DNA of 64,000 nt from the human T2T-CHM13v2.0 reference genome, Homo sapiens. Shown here piece after piece: positions 53,678 to 64,000 of the stretch. The notes beneath the pieces are model-generated. The model made no database searches, was not told the origin of the DNA, and saw only the letters and a program-made list of their open reading frames with translations. Each line of letters starts with the position of its first letter. Positions within the stretch are counted from its first letter, which is position 1. The stretch lies in the NCBI RefSeq assembly GCF_009914755.1, contig NC_060927.1; one strand, 5' to 3'. The position numbers were made by a program, and so were the translations under genes.

Positions 53678-53863
<186 letters not shown>

Positions 53864-54109
53864 TCAAAAAATAAAAAAATAAAAAAAGGGGAGACAGAGA
53901 GAAAGAGAGAAATAAAAAATAAATAATTTTTTTTAAAAAATTAGTCCCCATCAGGAATGGTAGCAGATGCCCAGGGAAATGGGGGTGTCCGACTTGTCAT
54001 CTGCCTGGTTGGAGCTAAAAGCAGTGGAAGTCCAGGCCTGAGGAAGGAAAGGGCTCTGGCAACTTGTGGCAGGCAGAGGAGACCGAGCTGGTAAAGTCAC
54101 TGCTGGTGG

Positions 54110-54880
<771 letters not shown>

Positions 54881-57199
54881 AAAAGAGAAAATTACAATGA
54901 GTGGTGGTTGCTTCTAATGGCACCAAACAGCTTAAAGAAAGAGAATGGCATGATGAGGTCAAGTTGTTAGCTGCTTGCAACAAGGCACAAACTGAAAACT
55001 TTTTCAACTCTGCTAAAATGAGCCTCTTGCAGCCATGGGGCTGAGATGGCTCAATATCTAACCCAAGGGCTGATTCTGTGTGTTCCAGATTAAAATACTG
55101 GTTGAATCACAGCCTCACTCAGTCTTTTTCTTTTTTTTTGTTTTTTGTTTTTTGTTTTTTGTTTTTTGAGACGGAGTCTCACTCTGTCGCCAGGCTGGAG
55201 TGCAGTGGCACGATCTCGGCTAACTGCAACCTCCGCCTCCTGGGTTCAAGCTATTCTTCTGCCTCAGCCTTCTGAGTAGCTGGGATTACAGGCACGAACC
55301 ACCACGCCCAGCTAATTTTTGTATTTTTAGTAGAGACAGGGTTTCACCATGTTGGTCAGGCTGGTCTCAAACTCCTGACCTTGCGATCCGCCCACCTCAG
55401 CCTCTCAAAGTGCTGGGATTACAGGCGTGAGCCACCGCGCCCAGTCGTTATTTTCCTTTCATTGTTGACCAGGCTCACTCAGTTTTTCCTGTGAAAGTTA
55501 GGCACTGATCAGGACAAAGCATGCCCCTGGGAAACTGGAGCCCACACGCATGTCTACATCCAGTGGTCAGTTCTCTGTCTACCTTCCCTGACCCTCCAGC
55601 TTCAGTGACAGGGTGGGACACTCCCGCTTCCATCACACACTCCTCACACTGCTGCTTCTCAAGCTGCACTTTTTTTTTTTTTTTTTTTTTTTTTTTTGAG
55701 ATGGAGTCTCACTCTGCTGCCCAGGCTGGAGTGCAGTGGTGTGATCTTGGCTCACTGCAACCTCCGCCTCCTGGGGTTCAAGTGATTCTCCTGCCTCAGC
55801 CTCCCAAATAGCTGGGACTACAGGCACACGCCATCATGCCCAACTAATTTTTGTATTTTTAGTAGAGATGGGGTTTCACCATATTGGTCAGGCTGGTCTC
55901 GAACTCCTGACCTCAGGTGATCCACCCGCCTCAGCCTCCCAAAATGCTGGGATTACAGACCTGACTACTGTGCTGGACCGGGCATTACATTTTGAACCCA
56001 CCTTCAACTGCCAACCCCAATCCACAGCTTGCTTCCCCCACGGGCTTCCACATGTCCATAAGTGGCAACTCCAGACCTTGGGATTATCTCTCTCTCACAT
56101 GCCTTCATCCAAATCGTCAGCCAAACTTGGCTCTACCTGAAAAGTATATGCAGAATCCAACCACTTCTCGGCAGCTCCATCAGGAGCTCATTGTCTCTCA
56201 CATTGCAGCAGCCTCCAGATAAGTGACCTGGCTTCCACTCAGCCCCATTTCAGATCGAGTCTTGATTCTGCAGCAGCCAGAGGAGTTCTTTTTAAACGTT
56301 TATCAGATCAAGTCACTCTGCTCAAAACCCTTTCCCGGGCCCCCCATTTCCAAGGCCCCACATATTCTGTATCCCATGACCTCTCTGACCTGGTCTTCCT
56401 CCTCCTCGTCTCTCTTCTCCAGCCCCACCAGCCTCTTCTGTGTTTTTTGACTGGGCATAGCCACACTCAGAGCCTTTGCATTGGCTATGGGATGCTCCAT
56501 GGCCTCCTTCAGCCTTTGGTCACCTTCTCAGTGAGGCCTGCTTGCAACCCCCTCCCATGCCCGTTCCCTCCATCCCAGCACCCTATATACTCTGTGTTTT
56601 ACTTATTTGCTTACTGTATCTCCTACCACTAGAACATTCTCTCTCTGACAGCAGGGTAGTGCTTACTCCTGTATCCCCACTGCTTGGCACATGGTGGGCA
56701 CTTAATAAATGTGCTGAATCAGCTAGGCATTGTGGCTTATGCCTGTATTCTGAGTACTTTGTGAGGCCAAGGTGGGAGGATCACTTGAGGCCGTGGGTTT
56801 GAGGCCAGCCTGGGCAACAAAGTGAGACCCCCATCGCTACAAAAACAATATTTTAAATAAAAAAAAAAAAAAAAAAAAAAAAACAGGCGGGGTGCAGTGG
56901 CTCACAACTGTAATCCCAACACTTTGGGAGGCTGAGGTGGGCAGATTGTTTCCACCGAGGAGTTCGTGACCAGCCTGGGCAACATGGCAAAACCCCACCT
57001 CTACAAAAAGAAAAAAAAATTAGCTGGTTGTGGTGGTGTGCACCTGTAGTCCAGCTACCAGGGAGGCTGAGGTGGGAGGATCACCTGAACCCAGGAGGTT
57101 GAGGCTGCAGTAAGCTGAGATCACATCACTGCACTCTGGCCTGGGGAACAGAATGTAACTCTCTCAAAAACAAACACAAAAAATGCAAAGAACCCCCAC

Positions 57200-59960
<2,761 letters not shown>

Positions 59961-60867
59961 CTGTGGCCACAAGCCAGGTGTGGCAGATATACTTGTGGTC
60001 TACCACAAAGCCATTTTTCACTTTTCTGTTTTTTGAGACAGAGTCTCGCTCTGTCACTCATGCTGGAGTGCAGTGGCAAAATCATAGCTCACTGCAGCCT
60101 CAACTTACTGGGCTCAAGCGGTCCTCCCCCCCTCAGACTCCTGAGTAGCTGGGATTACAGGCACGCACCACCATGCCCAGCTAAGTTTTTGATCTTTTTG
60201 TAGAGACAAGGTCTCATTATGCTGCCCAGGCTAATCTCAAATGATTACAGCCATGAGCCGCTGTACCCCACCTCATTTTTCACTTTTAATAAAATAGTTT
60301 TGCCAATACAGTGGTACGTGCTTGTAATCCCAGCTACTCAGGAGGCTGAGGCAGGAGGATCGCTTGGTCATGAGTTCATAACCAGCCAGAGCTACAGAGC
60401 AAGATCCTGTTTTTGTTTTTGCCTTTGAGAGAGGGTCTTATTTTGTCGCCCAGGTTGCAGTGGCCTGACCCCGGCTCACTGCAACCTCCAACTTCTGGGC
60501 TCAAGTATTCTCTTGTCTCAGCCTCCCAAGTAGCTAGGACTGTAGACACGTGCCACCACACTTAGTCATTTGAAAATTTTTTTTGTAGAGATAGGGTCTC
60601 ATTATGCTCCCCAGGCTGGTCTCAAACTCCTGGGCTCACACAACTCTCCCACCTCGGCCTCTTAAAGCACTGGGATTACAGGTGTGAACTACTGTGTTCG
60701 GTGCAAGACCCCGTTTTTACAAAAATAAGATAAAATAGTTTCGTTTAAACAATAATGTACCCAGTAATGATCAGTCTAAACCAAATATGGCAACACTCTT
60801 CTCTGCAAGTAAGAAGTATTATATATATATTTTTAGATATAAATCCAATATTGCTGAAACCTACCTA

Positions 60868-61311
<444 letters not shown>

Positions 61312-62644
61312 CTACTCAACATAATAATATAATTGCCCTTTCTAGGTTATGGTACAACACTGGACCTGAAGAAAAACTCTGATATTGTTATATTTCATTC
61401 CTTTTATTGTTTTCTACTAAAATCTTCAAAACCTTCTTCCAAAAGTGCTGAGAAGCCTCAAAGGGAGTCAGGTGTCCACCCTAGGAACTCAGAGCCAAGA
61501 GACAGGTGAGGACCCCCGAAGCTGTCCCCCAGGCTCTCACCAGGCAGAGGTTAGTCACCACCTGAATCCTGCAAAGTTGCCTCTCCCTCAGACACCTTGG
61601 CATAGTTGGAGAAGGCAGAAACATAGCTGCTGGCCACCCCAAACCACCCAGAAGCAGCCCAGCGACAGCCATCCTCTGCCCTGACACACTGGGAGGAGCA
61701 CAGGCGAACACCCGGCAATGCCCTGCCCCATCTTGCCCACAGAGGAGCCCCGCCTACAACCCACTTCCCGGAAAGCCAGCTCCAGGGCAGGAAGTATGGA
61801 CAGCCCATGATGTTCTGAGGCATGGGAAAGAGAACACCCAGCCCCTTGTCTCCACCTTCCCGACCCCAGATGCAGGTGACAAAGACAATACCAGAATAGG
61901 CCGGGTGCAGTGGTTCACGCCTGTAATCCCAGCACTTTGGGAGGCCAAGGCGGGTGCATCACCTAAGGTTGGGAGTTCAAGACAAGCCTGACCAACATGG
62001 AAAAACCCTGTCTCCACTAAAAATATAAAAACTAGCTGGGTATGATGGTGCATGCCTGTAATCCCAGCTGCTCGGGGAGGCTGAGGCAGGAGAATTGCTT
62101 GAACCCGAGGCGGAGGTCGTGGTGAGCCAAGATCGTGCCATTGCACTCCAGCCTGGCCAACAAGAGTGAAACTCCGTCTCCAAAAAATAAAAATAAAAAA
62201 AGAAAAAGAAAATACCAAAACACTGGTCAGCATACTGTCACCACAGCCTCACGCAGCCACTACATCCTTGACCCAGCTCCCGGGGCCTCCTCCCCAAGAA
62301 TGCCGCATTTGGAGCCCACATTCCCAGGGACCCCAGAATCCTTCCCTTAACAGTGCTCCACTCCAGCTGCACTGCCCCCTCCACATCTGCCTCATGTTCA
62401 GGGCCAAGGGCCCCATACCCCAGGTCAGCCCAGGGAAGACCCAGGCCGCCTGCCCATGTATGCCAGGCCAGGACTCACTCCAGGGCAGCATAATTCCTCT
62501 TCAGTGAGAGTGAACATGGGGGTGGAAGCTGAACGAAGGATCCCAACACAGACCTGCGAGGAAGACCACAGCACCAGGTGTCGACAGAGCAGGCCAGAAA
62601 AAAAACACTTCAGAAATGGAGAACTGGCTACCAAATACAACCTG

Positions 62645-64000
62645 AGATTATTTTTTAAAAAGTATTTATTGCAAAGAATGCTGGACACAGTGTTGCATGT
62701 GGCTGAGATTCAATACCATCCATTCTGGGGAACTCGGGAAAATATCTGCAACATGGGCACGCCAGCCAGCATGGCCGAAATGTGGCAGCCAATCAGCTAC
62801 ACCTCAGCCCATGCGGAGACCATGCCAGGGCAGAGGCCGGGGGGTTGCCCCCACTCATGCCCTGATCCCTGGATGTCCCTCTACCCTGTCCCCAGTCCTC
62901 GTAATGCATCCAGTCCAGCAACTCCTAACTCCCCTCTGTACACAGAGAGAAAAGGCCTCGGTGGTCTCACCTCAGATGACATCCAGAGGTACATGCACTG
63001 TTGCTGACCAAGGGAACCCACTATGGCTAACAAATGAGTGTGTCCAGGTGACAAAAGTCACCAAAACTCCAAAATACACAGAAGCAAAGGCTGCAGTCCT
63101 AATGTCCCAAAGGCATGGTCCTTGGGCTCTGGGTCTAAAGGGCTTGGGGCTCTGACAGATGAGTCTGGAAGGATCTTGCCCCGGCTCCGCCTTGGACATC
63201 TCTTAGCAGAGCAGCACACAAGGATGAGAGACCACCGGCCAGGGCCAGGGACGCTAACTTCTCTCAGGGACAGGTGGCATCTGCAGGCTGCAAAGCCCTG
63301 GGAGGCTGGAAAGATGTGCTACCCTCCAGGCACAGGCCAGGAAAGGCTCCGGACACAAAGGACTTGGGATCCAGGGGCCTGGCTTCCCCAGAGTCCACCT
63401 GTGGACAGCAGGGCACCCGATTACAAGTCCAGACACTTTCTGACCCAGCCCCACAACTTGCCAGCCAGTCTGTTTGCCAGCTGTAAACAGACTGCCCAGG
63501 CTGCCTCTCTGGGACCAAAAGAACTCAGGGGCATGACAGACACTGGACTTCACAAGGCCATTTTCACCAGACTCACGTGCACATGAATGGAAGGCTGTGC
63601 TGCGGCCGGGAAAATCCTCCCTTGCCCAGGGACTGCCTATGGGTTCTGCCTTCTCCCTTCCTCAGACCCACAGGCAGAAGTCAACAAACACCAGAGAAGT
63701 TTTACAGGACCATACAAGTGTTTCTGAATTATTTATGGCAAATGCATGTTTCTGCCACCAGTGTACATTCCTGTGTGGACACGGGCAGCAACAGGGGAGA
63801 GGCCGCCTCCCCATTGGCTGCCAGTGTCCACAGCCAGGGAAGGGGAGAGGGGGCGGCAGCCTCTCCCTCGAGCACTTCGGTGTGTGCACCAGGAAGGTAA
63901 CTTCCTGCCCTGTCTTGAAGTGGTTTCACTGTGAGAGCAGGCCTGAAGGGGCACCCCTGGCCACCAGCTCCCCTAAGCATACCTAAGTAGCCGGGTACAT
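62645..64000 (-). other. PFKFB4: Probable distal 3'UTR of PFKFB4 with AATAAA at 62665-62670
   Basis: Repeat-free stretch ending in a - strand AATAAA; gene identity rests on recalled gene order only, since no CDS is in the window. Confidence 0.6.

Noticed and set aside
62456-64000. 183-aa, 182-aa and 152-aa + strand ORFs
   Set aside because: Antisense to a probable 3'UTR; no homology recognisable

Overview
Human genomic DNA from the ATRIP-TREX1-SHISA5-PFKFB4 neighbourhood (3p21.31 by recalled gene order). The + strand carries the last nine coding exons of ATRIP (1265-9559) and, about 0.7 kb later, TREX1 (non-coding exon 1, intact 314-aa CDS at 10661-11605). The - strand carries the complete six-exon SHISA5/Scotin gene (ATG 49059, stop 13112, 240 aa, polyA signal 11895-11900, tail-to-tail with TREX1) and probably the distal 3'UTR of PFKFB4 at the right end. 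All exon boundaries were checked by hand for GT-AG and frame continuity. Introns and intergenic DNA are very Alu-dense and also hold a 5'-truncated SVA with TSD, LTR2 (HERV-E), MER4-family, MER21 and MLT1 LTRs, ERVL/MaLR remnants, MER30, L1/L2/MIR fragments, a truncated U1 snRNA copy and an AT-rich palindromic tract. Most ORF-track entries are Alu or GC-rich artefacts. Best leads: (1) the antisense U1 fragment creates a YAG|GTAAGTAT recursive-splice-like site in SHISA5 intron 2; (2) an internal SHISA5 promoter with a perfect ISRE and CRE gives a 137-aa isoform, whereas the main promoter has a perfect GAS; (3) SHISA5 exons 5-6 are open in all three frames, so exon-4 skipping would give an NMD-immune 280-aa TM-less protein. 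No wholly new biological system can be claimed from sequence alone. Repeat subfamily names are from recall and need RepeatMasker/Dfam confirmation.
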